Positions 18,049-29,895 of a stretch of 64,000 bases of DNA are shown in pieces. The position numbers and the translations under genes were made by a program. A model generated the notes under the pieces. That model was given only the letters and a program-made list of their open reading frames with translations. It made no database searches and had not been told where the DNA came from. The stretch is from NCBI GenBank assembly GCA_963663475.2, contig CAXXJV010000001.1, positions 1,984,001-2,048,000 of the forward strand, given 5' to 3'. The stretch is from Candidatus Cloacimonadales bacterium. Its GTDB lineage: Bacteria; Cloacimonadota; Cloacimonadia; Cloacimonadales; JAFGVF01. Position 1 is the stretch's first letter, and the number at the start of each line of letters is the position of its first letter.

Positions 18049-21000
18049 TTGATAAAATTAGGAGGTCTCTTGGATAATGAAATTAAAAAACCTTGCTGTT
18101 ATGTTGCTATAGGTGCTTCTGCTGGTGGTCTAGAGGCAATAGAATTATTCTTTGCAAAAGTACCACGAAAAACAGGAATTGCTTTTATAGTTATCCAACA
18201 TCTTTCTCCAGATTACAAAAGCTTAATGGTAGAACTCTTATCAAAGAAAACTAAAGTTAGAGTTAAAAGAGCTGATGATAACGAAGAAGTTCACCCCGAT
18301 ACAATCTATTTAATACCTCCCAGAAAAAACTTAAAAATTTTTCATAACAAGTTGATTCTTACAGAACAAGACCATTCCCGTGGCATAAACTTACCTATAG
18401 ATATATTTTTTAGATCTTTAGCTGAGGATCAAAAAGACAATATTATAGGTGTGATTCTTTCTGGAACTGGAAGTGATGGCGTTAGAGGTATTCGGGCAGT
18501 TAAAGAGGCTGGCGGATTAATTATGATTCAATCTCCAGAATCTGCTAAATTCGATGGAATGCCTAGAGCTTCTATTTCAACTGGTTTAGCAGATTTTATT
18601 CTAACAGCTCCTGAAATGCCAGAGAAAATAATTTCTTTTATTAATAATCCTTATACTGATAAAATAAATAAAGATAAGCTATTGGCTACTGATGAAGAAA
18701 GATTAAATAGAATATTTGCCCTTTTGAGAGAAAAATCAAAAGTCGATTTTACTTACTATAAGCCATCCACAGTTATTAGAAGAATAGAGAGACGTTTAAC
18801 TGTAAATCAAATGAACAATATTCAAGAGTATGTAAATTATCTTGAACAAAATTCTTCTGAAATATCTATTCTTTACAGGGAACTATTAATTGGCGTTACA
18901 AGTTTCTTTAGGAATAATGAAATCTATGATGAAATAGCAAATATTCACCTAGAAAATATTCTTAAAAACAATAAGGATAAGCAAGTAAGATTGTGGGTGG
19001 CAGGTTGCTCTACTGGAGAAGAGGCTTATTCCTTAGCAATATTAGTTAAAGAGAAGATTATTGCTTTAAAAGAAAATGTTGATGTAAAAATTTTTGCCAC
19101 AGATATTGATAAAGAAGCAATAATCTATGCAGGAACAGGTGAATATCCTGAAAGTATTGCCGCTGATGTATCTATTGACTATCTCACTAAATATTTCACT
19201 AAGCAAGGTGGATACTATAAAATATCAAGATCTATAAGAGAAATGGTTGTTTTTGCACAACATAATCTAGTGAAAGACCCTCCTTTTACCAACATAGATT
19301 TCATAAGCTGTAGAAACTTATTAATTTATTTTCAACCTATTCTGCAAAAAAGAGTCATGGAAATGTTTAATTTCTCTTTAAAAAGTAATGGTATTATGTG
19401 GTTAGGAACAAGTGAAACTATTGGTGATGCAATCGATTATTTCAAAATAATTAATCATAAAGCAAAGATATTTCAGTCAAAGGGACGGAAAATACCCAAC
19501 AATGCTAATAGGTTAAGAAATGAACCTTACTCAATATCAATTCTCAAGGATAGTAGGCATTATTCTTCTAATAAAAACATGTTGAGATTTACTGACCAAG
19601 AAAAAATATTTGAAAGATATCTAGAATCTTTGTCTGGTAGATTAATTGATTTATCATTAATTGTAAATGAGCAATTTGAAATAGTCCATATTATTGGTGA
19701 TTCGTCAGAATATTTTAAACTTCCTGTAGGTAAACTAGTTAACGATATTTCAAAGATGGCTATAAAAGAGATATCTATCCCGATAACAACAGGCTTACAA
19801 AAGGTCTTTACTTATGGTAAGGAAGTCAAGTACTCGCATCTCAAGATAGCTAAAGGCTCTAAAGAAACCATTATTTCTATTAACATTTTTATGTTACCCA
19901 CAAAATCGAATCAAGAACTTCTATGTGCGATCTTAATTAATAAAATCAATGATTTAACCTCATCTACATGTCCAGAAGAATCTCAGTACTATGATATTAA
20001 TGAGGAAGCTGAACAGAGAATAAAGGATTTAGAACAAGAATTGCAATTTAATCGAGAAAACTTGCAAGCTACTATTGAAGAACTTGAGACATCTAATGAA
20101 GAATTACAGGCCACAAATGAAGAACTTCTTGCAAGTAACGAAGAATTACAAAGTACTAATGAAGAGTTACAGTCTGTAAATGAAGAACTTTATACAGTCA
20201 ATTCTGAATACCAACTCAAAATAGTTGAGTTAACTGATATGACTAACGATATGGATAATCTTTTTGAACTAACCAATAAAGCAATTATCTTCCTAGATGA
20301 GAATCTGAATATCAGAAAATTTACCCCTCCTACAAAGAATATCTTTAGAATGATTGAAAGTGATATCGGCAGACCTTTAAGTCATATAAACCACACTTTA
20401 GAAATTAATATAATAGATAAATTAAATAAGGTTCTCCTAACTGGACGTACTCTGACTCAAGAAGTTAAAACTATCAATAACCTCTGGTATCTTATGAAAA
20501 TTTCTCCCTATAATATTGGTTATAACACTTCTTCAGGTCTTCTGCTTTCTTTTATTGACATTAATGAACTAAAAGAATATGAAACAAGAATCCTAGATGA
20601 GCAAGCTAAGATAACAAGCTTACAGGAATCATATCCAGTTGGATTAATATATCTACAAGATTATACAATAAGTGGAACTAATAAGCAATTTGCTGATATG
20701 CTTAAGTTTACTCCAGAAGAAATAAGAAACTTAAGCTTGCAGAAGCTCTTTTTCACTAAAGATGAATACGATAATATTGTTAATAGTTTAAAGTCTTTGC
20801 AAATTGGCCATGATTTAACTATCGAAACAATTCTTAAATCAAAAGATAACCAGCAAATCCGAGTACTTCTCAAATGTGCTCTTAATGATGATTCTTCTCA
20901 TAAAAGCAAATTTACTATTGCAATAGTTGATTTATCAAAGAAAATCTCAGCAGAGAAAATGATTACTAGACTTGAATTAGAGCAAGCTGGTCTCATGGAT

Positions 21001-21378
21001 TTATCTGATTATGGAATAGTTTATCATAACAAAGAAGGTGAAGTGATAAAAGCTAACCATAAGGCTGAAGAAATTCTAGGACTAAGACGAAACACTATTC
21101 TAGGTAAGTATTCAACTGATTCAGATTGGCAAGCAATCCATCCTGATGGATCTGTTTTTAAAGGACAAGAGCATCCTGCAATGATATCATTAAGAGATAA
21201 AATTCAAGTTAATAATGTTCTTATGGGAGTTCATAATCCAAAATTAAACAAAACAAAGTGGATTGAAATATCTTCAAAAGCAATTTTTACAAATGATAAA
21301 AATGAACTCATTGAAGCGGTTGCTGTTTTCAAAGAAGTAGGAAGTCCACTAACTAAGCCTAATGGGACTCATGTATGA
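18049..21378 (+). CDS. CheB/CheR fusion with heptad coiled coil and PAS domains (probable start TTG 18070)
   Basis: CheB 'GASAGG', 'IQHL', 'LSGTGSDG'. CheR 'IGVTSFFR', '[11 protein letters not shown]', 'ATDID', 'CRNLLIY'. Repeated NEELQ heptads. C-terminal PAS-like segments. Confidence 0.92.
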   Translation: MIKLGGLLDNEIKKPCCYVAIGASAGGLEAIELFFAKVPRKTGIAFIVIQHLSPDYKSLMVELLSKKTKVRVKRADDNEEVHPDTIYLIPPRKNLKIFHNKLILTEQDHSRGINLPIDIFFRSLAEDQKDNIIGVILSGTGSDGVRGIRAVKEAGGLIMIQSPESAKFDGMPRASISTGLADFILTAPEMPEKIISFINNPYTDKINKDKLLATDEERLNRIFALLREKSKVDFTYYKPSTVIRRIERRLTVNQMNNIQEYVNYLEQNSSEISILYRELLIGVTSFFRNNEIYDEIANIHLENILKNNKDKQVRLWVAGCSTGEEAYSLAILVKEKIIALKENVDVKIFATDIDKEAIIYAGTGEYPESIAADVSIDYLTKYFTKQGGYYKISRSIREMVVFAQHNLVKDPPFTNIDFISCRNLLIYFQPILQKRVMEMFNFSLKSNGIMWLGTSETIGDAIDYFKIINHKAKIFQSKGRKIPNNANRLRNEPYSISILKDSRHYSSNKNMLRFTDQEKIFERYLESLSGRLIDLSLIVNEQFEIVHIIGDSSEYFKLPVGKLVNDISKMAIKEISIPITTGLQKVFTYGKEVKYSHLKIAKGSKETIISINIFMLPTKSNQELLCAILINKINDLTSSTCPEESQYYDINEEAEQRIKDLEQELQFNRENLQATIEELETSNEELQATNEELLASNEELQSTNEELQSVNEELYTVNSEYQLKIVELTDMTNDMDNLFELTNKAIIFLDENLNIRKFTPPTKNIFRMIESDIGRPLSHINHTLEINIIDKLNKVLLTGRTLTQEVKTINNLWYLMKISPYNIGYNTSSGLLLSFIDINELKEYETRILDEQAKITSLQESYPVGLIYLQDYTISGTNKQFADMLKFTPEEIRNLSLQKLFFTKDEYDNIVNSLKSLQIGHDLTIETILKSKDNQQIRVLLKCALNDDSSHKSKFTIAIVDLSKKISAEKMITRLELEQAGLMDLSDYGIVYHNKEGEVIKANHKAEEILGLRRNTILGKYSTDSDWQAIHPDGSVFKGQEHPAMISLRDKIQVNNVLMGVHNPKLNKTKWIEISSKAIFTNDKNELIEAVAVFKEVGSPLTKPNGTHV

Positions 21379-23855
21379 AGAATGAAGATCTTGTTGTAGT
21401 TGGAATTGGAGCATCTGCAGGTGGCTTAGAAGCCTTAGAACGACTCTTTTCTACAATACCTAATGATATAAAATGTGCTTTTATTATTGTGCAACATTTA
21501 TCTCCAGATTATAAGTCCTTAATGAATAAATTATTAGAAAGAGTAACTCATATTCCAATTACTATTATTCAGGATGGTATGGAGATTAAGAATAATACAA
21601 TCTATCTTAACCCTCCCAGAAAAAATGTTATAATCCAAAATAATAGATTACTTCTGGAAGAGCAAGCTGAAGAAGTTCTCCATCTCCCTATTGATGTATT
21701 TTTTCATTCTTTAGGAATAAATAAAAAATCATCTTCTATTGGAGTAATCTTATCTGGTACAGGGCGAGATGGTAGTCAAGGTATTAAAACAATCAAAGCT
21801 AATGGAGGACTGGTAATTACACAAGACTTAAAAAGTGCTAAATTTCAGGGCATGCCACAAAGTGCTATTGCAACAGCTTGTGTTGATTATACATTTAATC
21901 CTGAACACATTTCAAAAATTATTGTTAATTATATTGGTTATATTTATTCATCAACGTCCATGCCTTTTTCTCTTATAGAAGCTGAGGACAATAATTTATC
22001 TCAAGTTATTAATGTTTTAAAAGATTTTACAGATATTGATTTCTCCCGTTATAAAGAGACTATTATAACTCGCAGATTAGAAAGAAGAATGACTGTAAAC
22101 AAACAAAGAACTTTAAATGAGTATTTATCTTTTCTCAATAATTCCTTAGATGAAAAAAGAATCCTTTCTAAAGAACTCTTGATTGGAGTAAGCAGTTTCT
22201 TCAGAGACAAAGAAGCATTTCTATCTCTCAAAGATAAGGTACTGACTGAACTTGCGAAAGAGAAGAACTTGAAAATTTGGTGTGTAGGTTGCTCAACAGG
22301 TCAGGAAGTTTATTCTCTTTTAATCTACTTACTAGAAATCATGGATAATGATAAACTAGATATAAACTTGAAAATCTTTGCGACAGATGTAGATAAGGAA
22401 TCTCTGAACATTGCTAGTCTTGGATTTTACCCACCTCAAATCAAGAATGAAATTGATGAAAAACTAATCGCTAAATATTTTACAGCTAAGAAGAATGGGT
22501 TTCAGATTAAAGAAAATGTGAGAAAGTATATTGTATTTGCTAAACATAATATTCTTACTGATTCTCCTTTTACCAAAATTGATTTAATACTGTGTAGAAA
22601 CCTTTTCATTTATTTAAAAGAAGAGGTACAAGAAAAGCTCTTAAAAATGTTTTATTACTGCTTAAAACCCAACAAATACTTGATGTTAGGCTCTAGTGAA
22701 AATATAGGTAATCAAGATAATCTATTTTCAATAAATGATTTTAAATGGAAGATTTTTCAAAAAGTTAAAGGACAAGAACTAGCCTTAACTGAAAGATTAC
22801 CATATTTAATTAGTAAAAGTAATAAAAAAGCTAAAAGTCTTCATGAAACTAGTCTGATTCAACAGAAAAATCAAACACTTCAATTACTAACAGAATCCTT
22901 TAACAAGTTTATCCCCCCTTCTATTCTTGTATCACAAAATGGAGAAATTCTATATATCTTAAATGATGTTAGTGATTTCGTTCACTTTCAAGAAGGTTCT
23001 TTTAATCAAAATATCTTCTCAAAAGTATCTAAAAATATCAGTATTCAAATAAATGCTATTATTAGAAAGCTTAAAATGAATACGGAAATTGATTATCTAG
23101 AATCTATAGTTAATGATCATAATCAAGCCAATGATAGCTTAATTATTGCAGGTAGAAAACTAACTCTTAATGATGAAAACTACTTTATCATTTCTTTTGA
23201 GACAAGAGATTTGTCATCTAATAATGCTGTCTCTGAGTCAGAAACATTAAAAAGATCTCTCATGATTGAAGATTGTGAAGAACTGCAAAAAGAATTGAAT
23301 TATACAAAAGAAAATTTAAGAGTTGCTGTTGAAGAATTAGAATCTTCCAATGAAGAATTGCAATCTAGTAATGAAGAACTCATGGCTTCTAATGAAGAGT
23401 TGCAAAGCACTAATGAAGAATTGCAATCTGTTAACGAAGAATTATATTCAGTTAATAATGAGTTCCAGGAAAAGATTGTGGAATTAGAAAGAATGAATAT
23501 AGATACCATGAACTTACTTGATACCACTGAGATAGGGGCTTTATACCTAGATAATGAGATGAAAATTAGAAAGGTGACCCCTTTGATTTATCAGCTAACA
23601 AATATCTCAAAAACAGATATAGGTAGGCCAATACATGATATTTCCCTTATCGATGATAATTCCTTACTTGAAGATATAAAACAAGTTGAAGAATCTTTAA
23701 CTAGTATTGATAAGCAACTACAGCTAAGAAACGGCAAAAGCTATCTAATAAGATTGAGACCTTATAGAACAGAATACAATTCTGTAGATGGGATACTTGT
23801 CTCATTTATTGAAATTTCAGATATTATTAGCAATTTTAAGCAAATGCAAACTTAA
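21375..23855 (+). CDS. Second CheB/CheR fusion with coiled coil and one PAS domain
   Basis: Same motif set ('GASAGG', 'VQHL', 'GCSTGQEVYS', 'CRNLFIY'). ATGA overlap with the upstream gene. Confidence 0.92.
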   Translation: MKNEDLVVVGIGASAGGLEALERLFSTIPNDIKCAFIIVQHLSPDYKSLMNKLLERVTHIPITIIQDGMEIKNNTIYLNPPRKNVIIQNNRLLLEEQAEEVLHLPIDVFFHSLGINKKSSSIGVILSGTGRDGSQGIKTIKANGGLVITQDLKSAKFQGMPQSAIATACVDYTFNPEHISKIIVNYIGYIYSSTSMPFSLIEAEDNNLSQVINVLKDFTDIDFSRYKETIITRRLERRMTVNKQRTLNEYLSFLNNSLDEKRILSKELLIGVSSFFRDKEAFLSLKDKVLTELAKEKNLKIWCVGCSTGQEVYSLLIYLLEIMDNDKLDINLKIFATDVDKESLNIASLGFYPPQIKNEIDEKLIAKYFTAKKNGFQIKENVRKYIVFAKHNILTDSPFTKIDLILCRNLFIYLKEEVQEKLLKMFYYCLKPNKYLMLGSSENIGNQDNLFSINDFKWKIFQKVKGQELALTERLPYLISKSNKKAKSLHETSLIQQKNQTLQLLTESFNKFIPPSILVSQNGEILYILNDVSDFVHFQEGSFNQNIFSKVSKNISIQINAIIRKLKMNTEIDYLESIVNDHNQANDSLIIAGRKLTLNDENYFIISFETRDLSSNNAVSESETLKRSLMIEDCEELQKELNYTKENLRVAVEELESSNEELQSSNEELMASNEELQSTNEELQSVNEELYSVNNEFQEKIVELERMNIDTMNLLDTTEIGALYLDNEMKIRKVTPLIYQLTNISKTDIGRPIHDISLIDDNSLLEDIKQVEESLTSIDKQLQLRNGKSYLIRLRPYRTEYNSVDGILVSFIEISDIISNFKQMQT

Positions 23856-23881
23856 AATGAAATCTAGACTGGAGAAAACTG

Positions 23882-26386
23882 ATGGTGAATAAAAGAATTA
23901 AGAGCTCTAATGATATCAAGAATATAATAGAAAATGTGCTGAAGAATAAATCCAATGATAAAGATTTTTCTAATAAATCAATTGAGCAGTTAGTTGAAGA
24001 GTTATCAATTTATCATAGAGAATTAGAGTATCAAAATGATGAATTAAGAAGAATTCAAGTTCTCTTAGAGAAAACTAAAGAACACTTTAAAGACCTTTAT
24101 ATGAATGCTCCTATTGGTTATGTTACCTGTAAGGATAATCTGATTATCAACTCTGTTAACAACAAGTTAACCAAAATATTAGCTATTAGTGAACATGATA
24201 TAATTGGTAAATCAATCCATAAGATTATCCATCCTGATTATCAAGATACCTTTTATTTTCATACTAGAAAACTTTTAGGAACAGGAAAAGCCAGTTCATG
24301 TGAAGTTAAATTACTTAATAGAGAGAATACATTTGTTTTATTAGATAGCAATTTATATTATATTGATGAAGAACTATATATCAGGATAGCAGTCACTGAT
24401 ATCAGCTATCAAAAGCAAGTTGAAAAAAGTTTATATGAACATAAATCTATGCTTTCTTCCATTGTAAATACTCTTCCTGGTCATTTAAATGTTGTTGATA
24501 AAGACTTTAATGTAATAGCTGTAAATGATGGAAGTGTTAATTGTGGCTATAGGGGTGATAATCCAAGTAGTAATAAAATTAAATGCTACAATAAATTTAA
24601 AAATTCAACAAGACCCTGTCATGAATGTCGGGTTAAAGAAATTTTTCAAAGTGGAGAAACAATAGTTGAAACTATCTCCTATTATGATAAACTTGAAGAT
24701 GATCAGAAGACTATGCAACTTTTTTTCTCTCCACTAAAAGGAGAAGATGGCAAAATAAATGGTATAGTAGAATATGGGATTGATGTAACAGAATTAAAAA
24801 ATATACAACGTAAAGCTCAAGAAGCAAGCATAGCTAAATCTGAGTTTATAGCTAATATGAGCCATGAAATAAGAACACCTTTAAATGGAGTTATTGGATT
24901 TGCAGATTTACTTAAAACTACTAACCTATCCTATGAACAAAAACAATTTATTAAGAATATCAATGTTTCAGCAAATTCTCTTCTAACAGTTGTAAACGAT
25001 ATCCTTGATTTTTCTAAAATTGAAGCAGGTAAGCTAGAAATTGAATTGATTCTCACTAATATTAATGATATATTGAGTGAGGTGATGAATATTGTTGAAT
25101 TTCATGCTTATAATAATGATATCGAGTTAGTACTGAATGTTAGTCCCCAAGTTCCTTCAATGTTGTTACTTGATCCCGTTAGGGTTAGACAAATTCTCCT
25201 AAACCTAACTGGAAACGCAATAAAATTTACGAAGAAAGGACTAGTTGAGTTAATTGTTGATTTTCAGAAATCTGATTGTCAGAATGTAGGCATAGTGACT
25301 TTTACAGTGAAGGATAATGGTATTGGAATATCAAAAGAAAATGTGAAGAAACTTTTTAAAGCTTTTTCACAAGGTGATACTTCTATGACAAGAAAATATG
25401 GTGGTACTGGGCTTGGGCTGATAATATCCAATAAATTAGCAGAAAAGATGGCTAGTAAAATTGAACTGAAAAGTCAAGAGGGACTAGGAAGTGAATTTTC
25501 ATTTTCAATTGAAACTGAGTATATCCCTGATAAAAATTTAGAAGTTAAATTCTCCAATATATCTCGAGTCTTAACAATTGTTAAGAATTCTAGTCAAAGA
25601 AAAGTAATAAACGCAATCTTGAAAGAATATAATGTTAAGTTTGATACTTGCAAATCTCCAATTGAAGCAATAAGCTTGATTCAAAAAAAATCTGATATTA
25701 ATTTAATTGTTCTAGATTATCAATTCTACCCTAGTTCTTTCAATAAATTTCTTAGTTTTTTAAACAAAAATAAGTCTGAAGATTTTGTTAAACAAAACAT
25801 CATTATTCTCTATAGAGCTTTTGATAGTATTGCTGTGAATAACCTGATAAGTTCTAGTAATATAGAACTAAAGTTAATTAAACCAATTCGTAAAGAACAT
25901 ATCTACGACCTGTTAGAAGCTGCAAACCTGCAACAATCCAGTTCATATCACCCTCATGAACTGAATAAGCAAGTGGATAAAATTTCTCCTTTGATTAATA
26001 AGAAACTTACTTTTTTAGTTGTAGATGATGTAGATATTAATTCTAAACTAGTTAAAATTATGCTAAAAAAACTTTCACCTAAAGCAAGTGTGATAATTGT
26101 AAAAAACGGACAAGAGGCAATTGATGTTTATAAGACAATTAATGCTGATATTATTTTTATGGACTTACAGATGCCTATTTGTGATGGCTATCAAGCAAGT
26201 AAAGAAATTAGAAATCTAGAAAGTCAAAGCCAAAAGCATACTCCAATAATAGCTCTTACTGCTTGTGTTGTTAAAGGTGAAAAGGAAAAGTGTCTCGCAA
26301 ACGGTATGGATGGATATTTACCAAAGCCACTAAAGAAAGAAGACTTGTTTAAAATATTGAACCAGTTTCTTATTGATACAAATTAG
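23882..26386 (+). CDS. Cytoplasmic PAS-domain hybrid histidine kinase
   Basis: H-box 'ANMSHEIRTPLNG', N/G1/F/G2 boxes, one degenerate and one intact receiver ('IFMDLQMP...DG'). Confidence 0.95.
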   Translation: MVNKRIKSSNDIKNIIENVLKNKSNDKDFSNKSIEQLVEELSIYHRELEYQNDELRRIQVLLEKTKEHFKDLYMNAPIGYVTCKDNLIINSVNNKLTKILAISEHDIIGKSIHKIIHPDYQDTFYFHTRKLLGTGKASSCEVKLLNRENTFVLLDSNLYYIDEELYIRIAVTDISYQKQVEKSLYEHKSMLSSIVNTLPGHLNVVDKDFNVIAVNDGSVNCGYRGDNPSSNKIKCYNKFKNSTRPCHECRVKEIFQSGETIVETISYYDKLEDDQKTMQLFFSPLKGEDGKINGIVEYGIDVTELKNIQRKAQEASIAKSEFIANMSHEIRTPLNGVIGFADLLKTTNLSYEQKQFIKNINVSANSLLTVVNDILDFSKIEAGKLEIELILTNINDILSEVMNIVEFHAYNNDIELVLNVSPQVPSMLLLDPVRVRQILLNLTGNAIKFTKKGLVELIVDFQKSDCQNVGIVTFTVKDNGIGISKENVKKLFKAFSQGDTSMTRKYGGTGLGLIISNKLAEKMASKIELKSQEGLGSEFSFSIETEYIPDKNLEVKFSNISRVLTIVKNSSQRKVINAILKEYNVKFDTCKSPIEAISLIQKKSDINLIVLDYQFYPSSFNKFLSFLNKNKSEDFVKQNIIILYRAFDSIAVNNLISSSNIELKLIKPIRKEHIYDLLEAANLQQSSSYHPHELNKQVDKISPLINKKLTFLVVDDVDINSKLVKIMLKKLSPKASVIIVKNGQEAIDVYKTINADIIFMDLQMPICDGYQASKEIRNLESQSQKHTPIIALTACVVKGEKEKCLANGMDGYLPKPLKKEDLFKILNQFLIDTN

Positions 26387-26527
26387 CTATGAACTCCCTA
26401 TTTATGAAAACATATAGTTCTATTCACAAAGAGCTAGCGCATTATTTAGGTAAATTATTGACAAAAATCTTCTAGCATATTTTGTTAATCTTAAGAGTTT
26501 ATGAAATAATTATTAAGGAGTTTTTTT

Positions 26528-27154
26528 ATGAAAGTAATTGCAATAAATGGAAGTCCAAAAGCAAATGGAAACACCTATCATGCTATTAAATTAGTCTTAG
26601 ACCAACTTAATGCTCAATCGATTGATACAGAGATTATTCATATAGGTAAAGAAAAAATTAGTGGCTGTATGGGTTGCGGAGCTTGTTACAAAAATAAAGA
26701 TGATAAATGTATAATCAAAGATGATTCTCTAAATGATTGGGTTGCAAAAATAAAAGAAGCCGATGGAATTATCTTTGGATCTCCAGTATTTTATGCTGGT
26801 ATGAATGGAACTATGAAGTCATTCATGGATAGATTATTTTATCTTGCTGGTGCTAATAGTTTATTTAGACACAAGGTAGGTGCTGCTGTTGTTGCTGTAA
26901 GAAGATCAGGCGGAATTCCAACCTTTAATCAGTTGAATATTTATATGACATATTCAGAGATGGTTATTGCTAGCTCAAATTATTGGAATGTCATTCATGG
27001 TACTATGCCTGGTGATGCTAAAGCCGATGCTGAAGGTCAACAAATTATGCAAGTCTTAGGACAGAACATGGCTTGGCTACTCAAATCTTTAAGTAAAAGT
27101 GAAGAAGTAAAACCAGAAAAAGCAAGAAAAGTGATGACTAATTTTATTAGATAA
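26528..27154 (+). CDS. Iron-sulfur flavoprotein / NADPH-dependent FMN reductase family
   Basis: 'INGSPK..GNT', CxxCxxC...C, 'GSPVFY'. Confidence 0.9.
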   Translation: MKVIAINGSPKANGNTYHAIKLVLDQLNAQSIDTEIIHIGKEKISGCMGCGACYKNKDDKCIIKDDSLNDWVAKIKEADGIIFGSPVFYAGMNGTMKSFMDRLFYLAGANSLFRHKVGAAVVAVRRSGGIPTFNQLNIYMTYSEMVIASSNYWNVIHGTMPGDAKADAEGQQIMQVLGQNMAWLLKSLSKSEEVKPEKARKVMTNFIR

Positions 27155-27166
27155 TTTTTATCCTTT

Positions 27167-27246
27167 AACCAAATAATGCAATAGACCTTTGAGAATAGCA
27201 GAATAATCTGCACACTTCACTAAAGCTCTACTCCTCTATCTGGAAT
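27167..27246. mobile_element. Degenerate short copy of the ACCC-type MITE
   Basis: aaccaaataatgcaatagacctttgagaatagcagaata...taaagctcta matches 7062-7142. Confidence 0.65.
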
Positions 27247-27251
27247 AATTC

Positions 27252-27282
27252 ACATGTTCTTGAGGCCAACTCAAGAACATGT
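27252..27282. terminator. Hairpin between convergent genes
   Basis: 13-bp stem acatgttcttgag / ctcaagaacatgt. Confidence 0.55.
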
Positions 27283-27286
27283 TTCT

Positions 27287-28222
27287 TTAAATCCAGTTAA
27301 ATTCTGCTTTTCTTAACCTATCCATTATCGCCATCCCAATTCCTTTTTCTTCTACTGCTTCTACAATTATTACTTCAATATCTTGATCATCTTCAAACTT
27401 ATGCATAGCTGCGAACATATTTACTGCATAATCTTTTAAATCTCTATTCTGAGAAACTCTAATAACTTTTTTAAAGTCAGCTTCTAAAAGACCAGTAAAT
27501 GAAATTAAGCCTGCCTTAGCTTTATCAATATTACTTAAAGTCTTATCAGCTATAAGTAACTTCTTCTTGGGACTATAATGAGACTTCATCATGCCTGGGG
27601 CAGAAGCTTTTTCTATTTCAGTTTGGGAATCAAAAGGAAGATATTCTTCTAAATCCTCTTTAGTTATGAGTCCATTACGGAGAATTTGAAAGCCTATCTT
27701 TGTTAACCTAATGATTGTAGATTCTATGCCAACGCTTGTTTGACCACCATCAAGTACAAAATCTACATTGGGTAGTTTCTCTTTTACATGCAGAGCACTT
27801 GTAGGACTTATAGAACCAAATCTATTTGCCGAAGGGGCAGAAATTGGTAAACCTGATTTGGATATTAACTCTAGGGCCAATTCATTATTTGGCATTCTGA
27901 TACCAACAGTGTCCAAACCTGATGTTACTATGTCTGGAACAATACTACTTTTGGGTAAAACTATTGTTAAAGGACCTGGCCAAAAACGCTTAGCTAAGGT
28001 AAAAACTCTTTCATCATGCTCTGCAGTTAGCATGTCAAGCTGTTGTAGATTAGCTATATGTACGATTAATGGATCGAAAGATGGTCTTTGCTTAACTTCA
28101 AAAATTTTAGCTACAGCTTGAGGGTTAAGTGCATTAGCCCCAAGACCATAAACAGTTTCAGTAGGAAAGGCAACCAGTTTTCCATCTTGTATATATTTTA
28201 CTGCAATATCGATATCTTTCAT
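27287..28222 (-). CDS. sua5: Threonylcarbamoyl-AMP synthase (Sua5 type)
   Basis: 'VAFPTETVYGLGA', 'K.RP..DPLIVH', 'APSAN', 'APGM..SHY' and a C-terminal SUA5 domain. Confidence 0.95.
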   Translation of the reverse strand: MKDIDIAVKYIQDGKLVAFPTETVYGLGANALNPQAVAKIFEVKQRPSFDPLIVHIANLQQLDMLTAEHDERVFTLAKRFWPGPLTIVLPKSSIVPDIVTSGLDTVGIRMPNNELALELISKSGLPISAPSANRFGSISPTSALHVKEKLPNVDFVLDGGQTSVGIESTIIRLTKIGFQILRNGLITKEDLEEYLPFDSQTEIEKASAPGMMKSHYSPKKKLLIADKTLSNIDKAKAGLISFTGLLEADFKKVIRVSQNRDLKDYAVNMFAAMHKFEDDQDIEVIIVEAVEEKGIGMAIMDRLRKAEFNWI

Positions 28223-29386
28223 TTAAGATTGCTCCTTAGTTTTTTTACTAAACAGAAATAAGAAACCTCCGCATAGACTCATTATACTAGCTAGAATAAT
28301 AGCTGAAGTATAAGAGGAAGTCATGTCAAATAAAAGACCTCCACTTATAGGTCCTGTAATGCCAGCAATAGCATAGCCCATAAAAATATATGGGTATATC
28401 TGGCCTAATTTCTTTACACCATAAATCTGGGCAGTTTCTTTAGCGAAAAGAACAAAATTTCCTCCAAAGCCAAATCCAATAAGAGTTATAATGATTAAAT
28501 AAGATAGGTTAGTTAGGTTAATAAAAGTCAGAGATAGTATTGCTATAGCTTGCAGAGTAAGATCGCTAAAAACAATAATATTCGTCTCAAAATAATCACT
28601 TATAAAGCCCCAGAATATTCTCCCAAGAAAATTAGCCAGAGCAAAAATAGCAATTCCCAGAACTATAATGTGATCTGAAATACCATATTGCCCACCTATC
28701 ATTCTTAATGAACCAATAATTAGCAAGCCTGCAAAGGTACCTAAAAAAATACCTAATAATAGTTTAAAAAAATTTACAGATTGGATAATATCACTAAGCT
28801 TATCTCTATTTTGAGATTTATTTTCAATATTACATTCCGAGTAGATGAAATTTGAGAAAAGTAATATTGTTAATCCATAAACAATTGCTAAAAACTTCAT
28901 TAAGTAGAGTATATTAAATCCCCTTAATAAAATATTTTCAGCTATTTCAGACATAAATACTGCTCCTAAACCAAATCCAGCTGAAACAATTCCTGTAATT
29001 AAGCCTTTACGATTAGGAAAGCATTGTACTGGATAAGTTAAAGCTAACCAATAACCTAAGCCAGTCCCAATTCCAGAAAATATTCCTATACCAAGAAATA
29101 TTAGCAAAAAGTTTCCCTGAGAAAAGCTTGCGAGTAAGTAACCTAATGCAAAGAACAATCCAGCTAGATAACCAATTAGCTTAGGATAATGCTTTATTCC
29201 TAATTTGCCAATCATAATCATACTTAAAGGGAATATTAAAATTACTGAACCGAAGATTAATTGCGATTGAGCAGCGGAAAAAGTATATTTCTCCATTAAC
29301 TCAGAAGCAATAATGCTCCATGCATATATACTTCCGATGCATAGCATTATAACAAATGATGATAATAAGTTGAGATATTTTTTCAC
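28223..29386 (-). CDS. MFS transporter, oxalate/formate antiporter (OFA)-like
   Basis: 'CIGSIYAWS', 'FPNRKGLITG...GFGLG', 'N.LGRI.WG.ISD'. About 12 TM segments. Confidence 0.85.
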   Translation of the reverse strand: MKKYLNLLSSFVIMLCIGSIYAWSIIASELMEKYTFSAAQSQLIFGSVILIFPLSMIMIGKLGIKHYPKLIGYLAGLFFALGYLLASFSQGNFLLIFLGIGIFSGIGTGLGYWLALTYPVQCFPNRKGLITGIVSAGFGLGAVFMSEIAENILLRGFNILYLMKFLAIVYGLTILLFSNFIYSECNIENKSQNRDKLSDIIQSVNFFKLLLGIFLGTFAGLLIIGSLRMIGGQYGISDHIIVLGIAIFALANFLGRIFWGFISDYFETNIIVFSDLTLQAIAILSLTFINLTNLSYLIIITLIGFGFGGNFVLFAKETAQIYGVKKLGQIYPYIFMGYAIAGITGPISGGLLFDMTSSYTSAIILASIMSLCGGFLFLFSKKTKEQS

Positions 29387-29391
29387 TATTA

Positions 29392-29895
29392 TTATTGATT
29401 AGCCTTCTTACTTATTTTTTCAGCCTTAAGTAAGACTGCTTCCTTAAGCTCATCTTTGTATTCTACTATCTTTTGGAGAAGGTCTTCATCTCGAGCTGCA
29501 AGGATTTGAGCAGCTAATATCCCAGCATTTTTAGCTCCATTTAAAGCCACTGTTGCCACAGGAACGCCACCAGGCATTTGCAAAATAGATAGAACTGAAT
29601 CCCAACCATCAATTGAATTGCTCGACTTTACTGGAACTCCAATTACTGGGAGAGGAGATATACCTGCTAACATACCAGGAAGATGAGCTGCACCACCAGC
29701 GCCAGCTATTATAACTCCAACACCTCTTTTATGAGCATTAGCTGCAAAATTAAAGAGCTTTTCTGGAGTTCTATGAGCTGATACAATATCAAGTTCATAT
29801 GCAATATCAAATTTTTCTAACATTTCAGCAGCTGCTTTCATTACGGTTAGGTCTGAATCTGACCCCATGACTATAGAAACTAATGCTTTTTTCAT
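29392..29895 (-). CDS. purE: N5-CAIR mutase
   Basis: 'MGSDSD', 'SAHRTP', 'AGAGGAAHLPG', 'QMPGGVPVATV'. Confidence 0.97.
   Translation of the reverse strand: MKKALVSIVMGSDSDLTVMKAAAEMLEKFDIAYELDIVSAHRTPEKLFNFAANAHKRGVGVIIAGAGGAAHLPGMLAGISPLPVIGVPVKSSNSIDGWDSVLSILQMPGGVPVATVALNGAKNAGILAAQILAARDEDLLQKIVEYKDELKEAVLLKAEKISKKANQ

Noticed and set aside
20070-20200. 21-bp periodic repeats (gaagaa...) here and at about 23330-23450 as a possible CRISPR or VNTR
   Set aside because: They encode the NEELQ heptad coiled coil of the CheB/CheR fusions. There are no unique spacers and no cas genes.
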